Of a DNA stretch of 63,378 bases, positions 36,480 to 48,895 are shown one piece after another. The notes below the pieces were generated by a model that did no database searches, was not told where the DNA came from, and saw only the letters and a program-made list of their open reading frames with translations. Both the position numbers and the translations under genes were made by a program. Origin of the DNA: Octopus bimaculoides (Eukaryota); contig NC_068981.1 in NCBI RefSeq assembly GCF_001194135.2, forward strand, positions 109,376,113 to 109,439,490, read 5' to 3'. Within the stretch, counting starts at the first letter, position 1. Every line of letters starts with the position of its first letter.

Positions 36480-36610
36480 ACACACATACACATAACAATA
36501 GTATGTCTAATATTAGTAACAATTGTAACTGTAGAAACCCTAACACCTGTGAGGTTAAAGGTAATTGTAAAATGAAATATGTATATAAAGCTACTATTAC
36601 AACAATGATC
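36480..36610 (+). mobile_element. Penelope-like retroelement remnant
   Basis: NNCNCRNPNTCEVKGNCKMKYVYKATIT resembles the CNCR-x4-C-x2-G-x-C...VYKA linker upstream of the Penelope GIY-YIG domain. Confidence 0.6.
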
Positions 36611-36649
36611 TCTCTAGGTTTCATTATATAGGTTGCATGCATGTTTATG

Positions 36650-36738
36650 TTTTATGTATGTGTATGTATATATTTATATATGTGTATGTATATATATATA
36701 TGTATGTATGTATGTGTGTGTGTGTACATGTATGTGTG

Positions 36739-36776
<38 letters not shown>

Positions 36777-36874
36777 CGTACGTCTTATGTGAATACATAC
36801 TCCTTTATTATTTTACTTGTATCCTCCCTTACACTTGCACCCTTGTATGTCTATGTGTGAGTGTATGCACGTTT

Positions 36875-36917
<43 letters not shown>

Positions 36918-36945
36918 ATGTTGTGTATGTGTGTATGTATATATG
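36650..36945. repeat. Compound TA/TG microsatellite field (others at about 272-330, 28655-28725, 33903-33945, 46995-47058, 52908-52988, 62742-62782)
   Basis: Direct reading. Confidence 0.9.
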
Positions 36946-36954
36946 TATGACTAT

Positions 36955-37450
36955 ATCATCATTTAACGTCCGCTTTCCATGCTAGCATGGGTTGGACAAT
37001 TTGACTGGGGACTGACGAACCAGATGGCTGCACCAGACTCCCATCTGATCTGGCAGAGTTTCTACAGCTGGATGCCCTTCTTAACGCCAACCACTCCGAG
37101 AGTGTAGTGGGTGCTTTTTATGTGCCACTGGCATGAGGGCGAGTCCGGTGGTACTGGCAATGGCCACACTCAAATGGTGTTTTTTTACGTGCCACCTGCA
37201 CAGGAGTCAGTCCAATGTTTTGTTCACATGCCACCGGCACAAGTGCCAGTAAGGCGAAGCTGGAAATGATTGCACTCAAATGGTGCTTTTTATGTGCCAC
37301 CAGCACAGAAGCAAGACTGCTGCTCTGGCAGTGATCCTGCTCGGATGGTGCTGTTAGCGCTCCACTGGCACGGGTGCCAGTCATCGAATTTGGTTCAGTT
37401 TCGATCTCACTTGCCCCAACAGGTCTTCGCAAGCTGAGTTTAGTGTTCAA
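36955..37450 (-). mobile_element. RTE 3'-UTR-derived repeat copy
   Basis: Same family sequence as 27566-28060. Confidence 0.85.
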
Positions 37451-37648
37451 TGAAGGAAGGTTGGCATGGTGTTAAGTGTATACGTTCTTTCTAACACTTG
37501 TAAATTTATAATAATTTTCTCCTTCATATATTCGTTTTTGTTCCTATTCTTTTTTTATTGTCTCCCCTACCCCGGGCTAGTTTTTAAGTAAGGTAACTCT
37601 CTTGAATACACCAACTGGTCCTGTCTGTGATTGTTGCTTTTCCTTTAA

Positions 37649-37869
37649 CCCTTTGGTGTTTAAGCCGGCCATATCCGGCCCAAATATCCTACATGATTTA
37701 CATTCAAACTGGCCATATCTAGCCCCTCACACCTGACCTACAATGACATTCTAAGAATAAACTATAACACCATCGAAACTTCAAAGCTGTAAGATAATGT
37801 ACGATTAATTCAAAACAATTTGAGTGAAAAAAGTATTACATCTAACAGATTAATCTGAACATTAAAGGG
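37649..37869. mobile_element. TTAA-flanked piggyBac-type MITE
   Basis: TTAA|CCCTTTGGTGTT...AACATTAAAGGG|TTAA. Confidence 0.85.
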
Positions 37870-39153
37870 TTAAGTTCTCTTTGGTTTCTTCTTTGCTTGT
37901 ATGTACATTTTTACTTAAATATTGCAACTTTTTCAAACATAGTCTTGCCTATCACCTTTAGCCTCTTGTAATATATTTTTTTGTTTTCCAATATTAACAT
38001 GTATAACTCTCTATGGTTTTCTTCTGCTAGTGTACCTGTTGCATTATATTCTACTATACATACGTGGCCTTGTTTACATTACACTTCATCTCGACCTATT
38101 ACTATTTCTTAAAACAAATCCATTAGATTCTTATTTTTAAGTTATAGTTTATTGCACATATAGACTTGCATACACATGTCTATCTTTTTCTCTTTCATCT
38201 CTCTCACTATTATTATTATTGGTATTTTCTCATTTTACAACTTGTTTCTAAATACCTGATTTTCCCTATTACCCCATCTGTATTCTCCCTTATTTATCTT
38301 ATTTTATTTTATTTTATTTCATTAAACCTTTTTTTGATGTCCTTCCAAAAATTCCTCACATTGATGAGAATGGTAATGCATAAATTTAATTATAATTACT
38401 ATGATTATAATTTTTTTCTTACATATTTGTATTGTCTTTTGAAACGTGCATATGTATTGAATTCAATTTTGTATTAAATCTAATATTGATTCAACATCTT
38501 TTTCTCCTCCATTTTTAATACTTGTTTATGGTATATTTATACCTATAACGACATTTATTTAGAGTTTTATCATCTTAACCATTTAGTTTTTGAAAACTGC
38601 CCAATACAAGCAATATAACCTACATAATTCTACATTTGAAGAATTTCAACATCTGCTCTAAACAACAAACAAATATATCAATAAATACCTAATTATTTTA
38701 AAATGAATGACCACAAACTTGCAATCTTGAACAACTGAAATAACCACAAGTTGAATGCTATCTGATATATTACATACCTCATATTTATAGTTACGGACTG
38801 TTGAAACCTGTGGTTACTTCATTAATATTTAATCCATTACACTGGTTCGTGGGTTACTCAACAACAACATATAGTAATTTGTAGAATATATATATTTGGA
38901 AATTTGAGGGAGAAAACAGTCAATTATATTGACAACATGGCTGGTACTACAGTTTATTGACCCCCAGAAGGATCAAAAGGGAAAGTTAACCAAGACAAGA
39001 TTTGAAATCAGAAAGTTAAGGGCTGTAACTAAATACTGCAAGGCATTATATTATGTCTGACGCTGAAACAGACAGACAGAGTGTAAAACACAGAAAACAT
39101 TTAAGCATAGAATAATAAGCATATCAAATGTAGAATATATAAAGATAGATTAC

Positions 39154-39246
39154 CTTCAAATTACAAAAAATGCAGGAATTTCCCATACACACATGTCCAT
39201 TATAGTTCTTAAAACTACGTCGAAATACATCAAGATGCCAGAATAC
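39154..39246 (-). CDS. USP54: Coding exon 2: [31 protein letters not shown] (Zn-binding H-x-C-x4-C-x2-C)
   Basis: Acceptor tatttttccacag, donor GTAATC, phase 0/0, 93 nt. Confidence 0.95.
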
Positions 39247-39457
39247 CTGTGGAAAAATAGAAGCAGTTAGAGAAATACATTTATACACTCACAGACACAC
39301 ATATTGTCGTTATCAATGGGTATCTTTTAAACAGAATTGTAAGTAAAGGTTACAACAATATGTTTATGCAGGAAACTATCAATTGAGTAAATTAAAATCA
39401 CTGAAACAATTTTAATTGTGTGACTAATAAATTAATCAACTTCCATATTTAATTGAT

Positions 39458-39521
<64 letters not shown>

Positions 39522-39573
39522 NNNNNNNNNNNNNNNNNNNNNNNNNNNNNNNNNNNNNNNNNNNNNNNNNNNN
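39522..39573. other. Assembly gap (52 N) inside a (GA)n tract spanning about 39461-39617
   Basis: N run flanked by GA repeats. Confidence 1.
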
Positions 39574-39623
<50 letters not shown>

Positions 39624-41697
39624 TTCATTCTGTTATTTAAATGAAACAAAGAAAACAATGACTAGGTTTACCTGCAGAACACGATGGACAGCATCTATGA
39701 TAAAGTAGATATGAAATGTGGAGTTTGTTTCTTCATTATTACTGTCTAGTTTTCCAACACAGAAATGGGTGGAGGGGATACTAAAGAGTAAGGAGTAAGG
39801 AGGCAAAACACACCACAATAACAATAGCAGCTGTTGCAGAAGTAGGGTTAGAGAATACATAAAACAGTTGGTAGTTGGTTACTATTGAGACAATGTAAGA
39901 AAGACATAATGACATATTCCCACCATTATCCCCTACAGTTAAGTTGTCCTGTTAGATGCAACCTCAACTAACAACTTAACAGCAAATGGACAGTAACTAA
40001 TATGAAGGTAGATAACTAACTAGAGTCTCTAAATGGAAGCTGGAGTTAAACAATGGAAAGAAGGAGAAAAACAACTGTGAGCTTCTTTGCTTTTAAGGTG
40101 AATTAAAGCTTAAAAAAATAAAAACAGCTAAATCATTAAGTTCCTTTTAACATGAAAATTTTTTTTTTATTAAGTAATATTAATTTACTTATTAAAGGTT
40201 TAGTTTCTAAAAATGTACTCATAGTATACAGTGAAAGTTATGCATGGTTGATTGAAATGAGTGCTATAGTTGAATGCATTTCCTGGCAACAGTTAGTTTC
40301 TTCTGTTGAGGTGGATTTAATTGTGCTGTTAGTGTGAAACAGGTCATCATTTATGAACTTGAATTCCCTTTGTTTTTATTTGATGATGAATTGAATGGCT
40401 TGATTTTGAGCTGACCATTCTCTGAAACAGGTAAATTATCTTCAACTTATATTCCAACAATACCAATTTACTTCAAGAAGATCTATAAGTAGTTCAGGCA
40501 AAGTTCCATACCAAAATAAACCATTAGTTTTCTACACAAGAAAGCCAATATTTTTTTTTAGATTTTATATTATTGTATTTATCTCAAGTATATGTCTGAC
40601 TGTACAGGTTATGTTCTGAAAAGATAGACAATAAAGACAAGGCTGGTGAAATTCAAACTAAAATCTGTGAAATCTACAAGCTGTTCTGTAAAACAGTCTG
40701 TGTTGCATGTCTACCATTGAAAATAGACTGCATCTTCCTATTTTTTTTTTCATCACTCTTGATGGATCATTTTAATGAAGTGAGTAGTGTAAGTTATGCT
40801 CTAAAAATGGGTCATCCTTTTTGATGGTACCCAATGGACTGTGCTGTAAAAAGAAATAATATTTTTATGAAAATAGACTATGTAATGGCATACTGAATAA
40901 ATTTAATCAGAGAAAATACAATGAACAAGTAAATGCTACTCAAGCAGAATTAGTACTGAATTGATTGAGGTAACTTATCAAGCATTAAGAAAAAGGTACT
41001 CCATAAATCTAAAATGTTAAATATGATATTGAACTAGAGACAACTGAAATAGAGTCACTTCACTCATGAGGGAAATATCAGTTATCAAAGCAATATTTGG
41101 CACATACTATACCTAAAATGTATTGTCACTCTTTGAAAGTTACTAAGTAGCTTTGGGAGATTGGCTTCACAACCAAGAGAAAATGCATATAATCAACAAT
41201 AAAGACCTTTTACATTTGATATACTGTATATGGTTATGTGTGTATGTGGGGTTAAAAGGTATAAAAATAAAGAAAATAAAATAAAGAAAAAAATAAAAGA
41301 CTGCACATTTAGGTTCTTTACATGTGCTATTATGTTAATATGTCTGGACATTACCATTGGTTAACATTTAGCTAATCATATTCCACATCCAACTGTTCAG
41401 AAAAACAGAATCTGCCGATTTTGCAATTCAAGGCGAACATTCTTTATTGGATTCTTAGAGAACGCATGCTTAAAGGACTTAGTCCAAACAACAGAAATTG
41501 TTTTTTTCTCAAAGCTGTTTATGACTCAACCTATAGATTTTATATTATTTACTTCTTTTTATACAAATGAAGGATAAATCAATATTCCTTTTAATTTCAT
41601 GCTATCACAGTTGTCTTTGCATTTCTTGTATGAGCAGTTTTTAGTGTTACATTTAAGATTTGAAGATAAGTTTGTGAAGTAATATTTCTACTTTATA

Positions 41698-41832
41698 ATC
41701 ATCATCATTTAGCATCTGCTTTCCATACTGGCATGGGTTAGACGGTTTGACTGAAACTGGTAAGCAGGAGAGGTGCACCAGGTTCCAATCTAATTTGGCC
41801 CGGTTTTTTACAGTTGGATGCCCTTCCTAACT
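41698..41832 (-). mobile_element. Short RTE tail fragment
   Basis: catcatcatttagcatctgctttccatactggcatggg...ggatgcccttcctaac. Confidence 0.75.
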
Positions 41833-42281
41833 TTTCTATGGATTAATGCTCTTCCTATCACCAAAAAAGACAAAGGATAATGTAGTTCTAGATATACCAC
41901 ATCATGAGAAAAAAGACAGAAAGCTCATAGCTGGAATGCCTTTGATCATGTTTTTTGGTGAATCAGGATTAACTTATGGTTAAACAAAAAAACATAATCA
42001 CAAGTGGATTAACTGAACTACAGAAAATGTCTTATGTAACGACATAGTACTAGCAATGATATAAAATGTCAGGTGTTCAGTTAATTAATGATACTTCAAT
42101 GACTCAATAGTGTTTCTAACATTATGATCTATTAAAGCTACTTCGCAGCTATTATTCATTGCCAGCAAGGACTGACACATTTGACCTATTCTCATTAACT
42201 AAAAGTACAACAATCAAGAGGTTAATTTCATCTTGAATTATTTAAATAATTTGGCTTATATTCTATCTGAAATCAATAATA

Positions 42282-43160
42282 ACAAGAGCACTCACAGAGC
42301 GCAAACCTCTGCCAAGGCAACACCAACGATTAGCCAGAGATGATTTTTGAAATGAGAATATCTGAAATTAACTTGACTGCTCTCACCAACGAGAATACTA
42401 AAAATGAACCCAACCGCTCTCAAAAATTAAGTAAAAAAACAGAAAAATAATCCAGAATCCTTGTCCGGTACCTGATCGATCCCAATGGTTGTCATGGTAG
42501 CTGTAGAAAATTTAGCAACAGTAATAAATAGTTTATCCTTATCTAATACAAGCCAAAGTTAACAAATTCACTATTCAAAATAGTTTCAAAGGCAGAGGTA
42601 ATAATAATAAGTTCTACTCAGGAATTTTTAAATGAATAGCATGAGACATTTTTGTTTTCTTGTCTCTTAAATTCTAGCATCCTTTAGTATTCCTGTTGTG
42701 TTAGATCTATGTATAGATGTATGTATGTAAGTATACTGTAAAGTGTTAATATGTATTATATATTATAAAAATGTTAGTGTTATTTAATTTCTGAACGGTT
42801 TTGCTGTTGTTTGTTTATGTAGTTTGATTTCTTTATCCATCAGTTCCTACTAAGAGATGCATGTAAAATTAATAATAGAGAAATGAAAATAAAACTTTGG
42901 AAATAGCCTAAAGGGAGATATATGAGAAAGGCTTGGAAGTCAACATAAGATTGCAATCATGTAAAGTAAATATAATAAATAATCCAGAATCCTTGTACAG
43001 TACTGGATTGATCCCAAAATCTAATCAGTTTGTGCCAGTCATGAGATCAAACATGCCTGAAAGTTTCATCTGAAGCTACCCAGCAGTTCTTGATATCTTA
43101 TCCACAGACAAATAAACACGACTGAAAACAATACTTCCGCCTTCACTAAGGCAGAGGTAA
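42282..43160 (+). mobile_element. Helentron/HINE-like non-autonomous element pieces (42282-42605 and 42975-43160)
   Basis: Starts aacaagagc; ends aaaacaatacttccgccttcactaaggcagaggtaa with a terminal hairpin; internal block aataatccagaatccttgt..gatcccaa occurs twice. Confidence 0.5.
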
Positions 43161-44059
43161 TAATTGTTTCAGATTTTGGTGCAAAGCCACCAATTTTAAG
43201 GGAAGGGGGCAAGTCAATTACATTGACCCCCCCCCCCAGTAATCAAGGATGAAAGACAATTGATTTTAGTGAAACTTGAACTCAGTATAAATGCATTTTG
43301 TCCCATGCATTTAATACTAATATTTATAATTATTTCTAATATTACTGAATCAATGAACCTCAGAATTTGAATAACACTCAAAAAAAAAAAATAAATAAAG
43401 ATAAAAGTTAACCCAATAGGATTTGAACTCAGTCTACTGCCATATATACATTTATAAATACTAATAAAAAGTGATGTCTGAAATCAGCATTCAGGCATAA
43501 ATTTGTAGACAAGGAGTGTGTTAGCAAATAGAATCATTCAGTTTGCTACTTGTATGGCAAATTCAACATCTTCAACAGTTTCATAGTGAGAATCCCTTTA
43601 AATATCTTTATATGTACATTAAATTCAATTCCTATGTGGCAAGTTCACAAAACAAAATAAATACATAAAAATTAGCACAAACTAAAAATAAAAGAAAATA
43701 TTAAGCTACACATCTTTATGTAAAATATACAAGTTATAAGGTTCCCAAGAGAAATAACTTGTATCTGACGTGTGAAATAGAATTAGCCGAGTTTCATCTA
43801 AGAGGTTATGACAATGAAGCAATCTAAATCCCCTCCTAGAAGAAAGGGTGCTCAAGGCAGTTCAGGTTCAATGCAAAAGAGAATATTACAAATTATAATG
43901 CACACAATGGCTTTGATTAAGCTAACCACTCACAAATATCTATTTCTTTCACTATTTGTTGTTAGTTTACTTTTATGAAGCCCTAGAGTTATGACATAAG
44001 ATTTGTGCTTCTCAAAGGATTCTGCAATGTTATTTTAATCGCTTAGTTTTACATGTTTA

Positions 44060-45261
44060 CACTTTTAACACCTTCAAAGTACTCTCCATTTAAAGTAATG
44101 CATCAGTCCAGATGCGTTTTCCACTGTTCAAAGCAGTCCTTGAGCTCTTATGAAGTGATACCTTTTAATGTCTATTTTTTCTTTCACCTCCTCCACATCT
44201 ACAAAACATTTTCCTTTAAGGACTTTTTTCATTCAGGGGAAACAAAAAAAAAGTCGCAAGAAGCAAGATCAGGTGAATGGGGAGGGTGGATAAGTGGGAG
44301 TCATGCCATTTTTGGTCAAAAACTGTCTCACACTCAAAGCGGTGTGTGCAGGCGCATTGTCATCATGAAACCGCCACTCTCCACAGGTTGGGGCATATTC
44401 GTCTGTGTCCTGAAAATGCTTCAGAACTGCCAAGTTAAATGTCTGGTTGTCCAGGAGGAACAAATTCTGTGTGGACAATTCCTTTCACACCAGTGAAACA
44501 AATCAGCATCATCTTGACATTGGACTTCATTTGATACACTTTTGGGGGTGCATGGTGACATTGAATGCTTCTATTGACTTGATTGCTGTTTCATTTCTGG
44601 GTCATAGCCATAGCACTAGCTTTTGTCACCAGTGATGACCTTCAAAAAAAGGTCTGGATCAACTTCCAACTGTTCTTTCAGTTCACGACACTCATTCAGT
44701 CATGACTGCTTTTGATCTTCTGTGAGCAAGTGAGGTACAAATTTTGCAGCAACTCTTTTCATTTGCAACTCCTCATTCAAAATTTGTTGGCAGGAACTCC
44801 AGGACACACCAGTCATATCAACAAGTTCATCAATTGTTCGTGATGTTTTCATTCGTTCAGGAAGTCAACAGTGGCTCTGAATGAGGTTGGTCTTCGAATG
44901 ACAAGTAACCATTCCTAAAGCATGAACACCACTCATAAACTTGTGTTTTGCTCATGGCAGCATCCTTGTAAGCTGTTTGAGTCATGACAACTGTTTCAGC
45001 CACCATTTTCCCCAGTAAAAAAAGAGAATTTCATGGAAGCATGCTGTTCCTTCCTTTTAAACATCGCAAAAATTGATGAACAGGGAAGAAGCACTGCAAA
45101 ACAAGGATGCACCACATGGCAGTATGACTCCAAACAGTGCTGCCAGTCAGCAGACTGAAGCCTGAGGGTTGCATCAAGTAGTTTCTGGCAGCAGAAGCCT
45201 GAACTACAACAGGCTTGTCCCACAGAGAACATTTCCTGTTACTTTTGGGTACCCCCTCATA
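44060..45261 (-). mobile_element. Degraded mariner (Tc1/mariner) DNA transposon
   Basis: Minus-strand remnants VITGDKS, FHDDNAPAH, SPDLASCDF and GEYFEG; 5' terminus TA-TGAGGGGGTACCCAAAAGT at 45261; no matching TIR found at the other end. Confidence 0.9.
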
Positions 45262-45932
45262 CATGCTGAAGCCCACCTGATACTTACCACTTCTCTACAC
45301 TGTCTCTTCATACCCACAACACTTTTTTTACTTAATCCTTCCTACTACAAAGCCACAACCCTCAGGAAGTCTCTTCCCTTCTTATAGGTCAACAACCTGT
45401 TAAAGCTAAACATCAACCACACTTGTCTGGAAAGCTTGCAAATGATATGGGCACTGACCTTTTCCTCAAACTAAATTCAAATAACATAAATGTAACTTGC
45501 TCGAATCACAAGACTCTTTTAAAAAAAAATTATAGTGACAAAAGTAGCACTGATACATCCCAACCTGAAACAAAGATGAACTAATCAGAGTTCAACACCT
45601 TTTATCATAGGTCAGCTGAATTTAGGGTTTACCTGGGTTTAAACAAGTAAATGAGAAAAGAACATAAAAGAGAGCTATCACACCCCATTTATCAAGGATA
45701 ATTTTGTAAGACAGGCAATACAACTGTTGGTATTGATTTATTTAATAGGTACAACAAGGCCTTAGATCTTGATATGAAATTGATAAAAGTGAAATGAAAT
45801 AGCTACAGCAAGGATTTAAAACCAAAGTACAGTAGTGGCTCCCCTATTTTAATTATTAGTTTCTTGCTTGGATACAATTTCGGTGCTAGAGTACAGTAAA
45901 TTGAATTCAGCAGATTATTATTATTATTACAT

Positions 45933-46147
45933 AAGGCAGCAAGCTAGCAGAATTGTTAGCACACTGGATGAAATGCTTAACAGTATTTCATCCATTGCTA
46001 CATTCTGAGTTCAAATTCCACCAGGGTTGATTTTGCCTTTCATCCTTTCAGGGATGATAAATTAAATACCACTGAAACACTAGAGTTGATGTAATCAACT
46101 AGTCTTCTCTCATCAAATTTCAGACCTTGTGCCTTTAGTAGAAAGGG
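45933..46147 (+). mobile_element. Second SINE family (tRNA head plus gcctttcatcctttc.gggg core, possibly MetaSINE-like)
   Basis: aaggcagcaagctagcagaattgttagc...gagttcaaattcc...gcctttcatcctttcaggg; related copies at about 22090-22270 (-), 27404-27565 (+), 38890-39060 (-), 43170-43290 (-) and 57060-57660 (-, three stacked). Confidence 0.75.
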
Positions 46148-46991
46148 ATATTGTTATAATTACCTAATAGAAGGAAGATAAAGACAGGTAAAATCAAATC
46201 TGATAAAACTGCAACTAAATAGGAGGAGACTGGCAATGAATAAAGGAAACAAAAGGAATGGGAAGAAAAAGGAAGGAAGGAGGACAAAGAGATGACATAT
46301 CAAAGAGATCAAAAATACAAAGATAAGTTTGAAAATTTTAAAAAGCAAGATGGGAAAAGAAATGGACATAGTGGATAGAATAAGTTACAAGATGAATGTA
46401 GAGAAGGCAGTTGGGAAATGAAAAAAACATCTAGCAAAAAAAAAAGACGTAGTGAAACAAAATAATGACATGAATAATGAGAGATTATAAAAATAACTTG
46501 ATTAACAGAAACCAACAGACCTATTGAAACTCTCACATGTAATACTGCCATCTAATTGTTACAAACCTTTAAAAATTCATACAAAGCCCACAGGAGTCAG
46601 CAGTTATCAATAACTAAATACACAGTCGACTGATTACATGTGGTAAGAATCAATACTGAACACAACAAAAGAAGGAGTAAAACTGGTGGAAATCATATAG
46701 TAATAATGTAGAATAGAAGAACATTTGACTGCCTGATCATCATATTAGTAAGGTCCAATAAAGGAAGAAGGATGCAGTAGGGATTGCAGTCATAACTGCA
46801 ACTCAGAGAGATTTCATGTTTGAACATGTTTCAGCCCTTCTTTTCAAGTCAAGAAATTCAAAGAGAAATGGAAACTAAATGACATCATCCATTATGCAGG
46901 AAGAGAAATAAATCTGTTTGTTGTTGTCAACTGTTTCTAATGACATATTGGATCAAAATTTCATTTAAAAAAATTGGAAAGATATTTTTAC

Positions 46992-47036
<45 letters not shown>

Positions 47037-47837
47037 CATATATATATATATATATATACACCTCTCTTAAGTGTAGAAATATAGCTGTACTAGTAAAATA
47101 ACTGACTATGAAATAATAGAAGTTAAAACATTTGATGCATGAGGTGCAGCTGTTACAGCATCAGAGTGCATCAATGAAAATAGATATTCAAGTAATTTCC
47201 TATTTGGGATATGTGAAGGGCAGGATTTCCCAAATACATAAGTGAACAGAAGAGGTCTGACCTGCAATGAGATGTCAGAAGTACATCATTACAACTAACT
47301 TACTTACAGTTGATGGGATAACTGTGACAGTTTGGTCTCATTGATATATTTAAATACACATTATGAATAGAGAGGAGGGGAAAGAAGAGGCTTAAGAATT
47401 TTTACTACACACACACATATATATATTGTAATCTATCTATTGTCTTGAATTTTACCTTGAAGAGGGAGGGGACCTCGAGATAAATACAGAGGGTAGTCTT
47501 CTTCAATAGAAGTCAATTCAATGAAATGCCTCAAGTGGGGTGTGTTGGTGTACCATAACAACATGTAGGAAAGATAATTAACATTTTAGGCTGAACTTTT
47601 TCCAGAATATGGCACAATTATTGTCTATGAAATTGATTACCTCCATAGTATTGGTATGTGTAAAACTTAAGATTGATGTCTTTAAAACATTCCATACTAT
47701 TCTCTCTGTTCAGAGGAGTACATTTAACATTAAGCTATTTGTTTTATTCCTCTTATCAAATTCTTGAAAAACACTAGGAAATCTTAAGAACATTCCAATT
47801 TCAAGTGAGACAAAACGTCCTAAATATGTAAACTTAC

Positions 47838-47978
47838 CTGTACAGCACTGTTCAAGAAACAGTTATTTTCTCCAGGCGGATTACGTAACCCTTTTGTAGT
47901 TGCCAAAGAAAGGCTGTGATGTCGGTCCCAACCATTGAGGTAAGTCTCAGGTAACTGGGACAAGTCTTCTATCTCCAT
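47838..47978 (-). CDS. USP54: Coding exon 1 (exon spans 47838-48005): MEIEDLSQLPETYLNGWDRHHSLSLATTKGLRNPPGENNCFLNSAVQ, Cys box (C40)
   Basis: Acceptor tttcttttcttttacag at 48007-48006; in-frame upstream TAA; ATG in A..ATGG context; donor GTAAGT at 47837. Confidence 0.93.
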
Positions 47979-47980
47979 TA

Positions 47981-48004
47981 TTATATACCTTTAGTCATAA
48001 ACAT
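47981..48004 (-). promoter_or_regulatory. uORF ATG TTT ATG ACT AAA GGT ATA TAA (MFMTKGI*) directly upstream of the main start codon
   Basis: Read directly from the 5' part of the exon; out of frame with the main ORF. Confidence 0.65.
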
Positions 48005-48861
48005 CCTGTAAAAGAAAAGAAACCAATGTAGTGCAAAATAAAACTAAAAATAATATCTAAGTATACTAGCTGATATAAAAATCATCATTACCTTCAAGTT
48101 TTGCATCTTGCATTATTGAAAGATCAGAAACATTTTTAGTTATCTTCTTGCTTGTTTTTCTTTTAAACATTACAGCTGTCTTTTTGGAAAATACGCTAAC
48201 AACTTATGGATGCTCATTCACTATGAATCATCTTCCCATAAGTCCATGCTGATATTGTCTGTCTTTATTTCAAGATACATTAACTGATACTTTAGCTATT
48301 CAGATGCTGTCCTAATACATTCAGGTGCAACTTCTCTTGCATTTTCCCACTGCATATCTTTGAGCCTACACTTGTTAGATACAGAGATGGTCAAGTATTG
48401 TGTGATTTTTGTGACATTTCAAAGAACTACATGTGGTATTTAGAGCAAGATTGTACCGCCCTATCACTCTAGATGAAAAATAAGCTGCAATTTCACTGAT
48501 TGGTAAACATTTTCCAACAATTTAGGAAAAATACTTAAAGAGTTGGCAATCTAAACATATGCAGGGCTCAAAATCTGAATATTATATAATGCATAGCCAG
48601 TACACCTTCTCACTGATAAAACCTATATAAAAATCACTGGCAATGTTATTTAGTAGATAAATCATTATAAGGTGAATTTATTTCAAGTTAAGATGGTAGC
48701 AGTATCTCCACTTAAGAGCTTAGTCAATCTCCACTTAAGAGCTTAGTCAATTTCCACTTCTCATTTGCAATGGTTCCATAAGGTCCAAAAATCAAATCTG
48801 CATAAGTATTTCTATAAAAAATTATCTAAACACACACACAGTGTGTATGGGTATATATATC

Positions 48862-48895
<34 letters not shown>

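Larger units (their letters stand above)
6906..48005 (-). other. USP54: USP53/USP54 (echinus-like) deubiquitinase gene locus, 16 coding exons, about 1641 aa; 5' non-coding exon(s) not located
   Basis: Exon chain joins in frame at every junction (141+93+135+114+80+106+58+95+144+148+1707+129+193+1169+59+555=4926 nt). Family motifs [51 protein letters not shown] and KCCRGHYQPLLLIYA match USP53/54/echinus. Likely the single invertebrate co-ortholog, so the USP54 label is nominal. Confidence 0.95.

Noticed and set aside
39449-39658. RE-repeat and SL-repeat ORFs
   Set aside because: (GA)n microsatellite plus an assembly gap
40200-40430. Possible minus-strand cassette exon after cctgtttcag in intron 1
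   Set aside because: All three frames stop early and I found no good donor
6906-48005. U12-type introns or stop-codon readthrough in the USP gene
   Set aside because: No donor matches GTATCCTT or ATATCCTT, and the stop context TGA-TCT is not a readthrough motif
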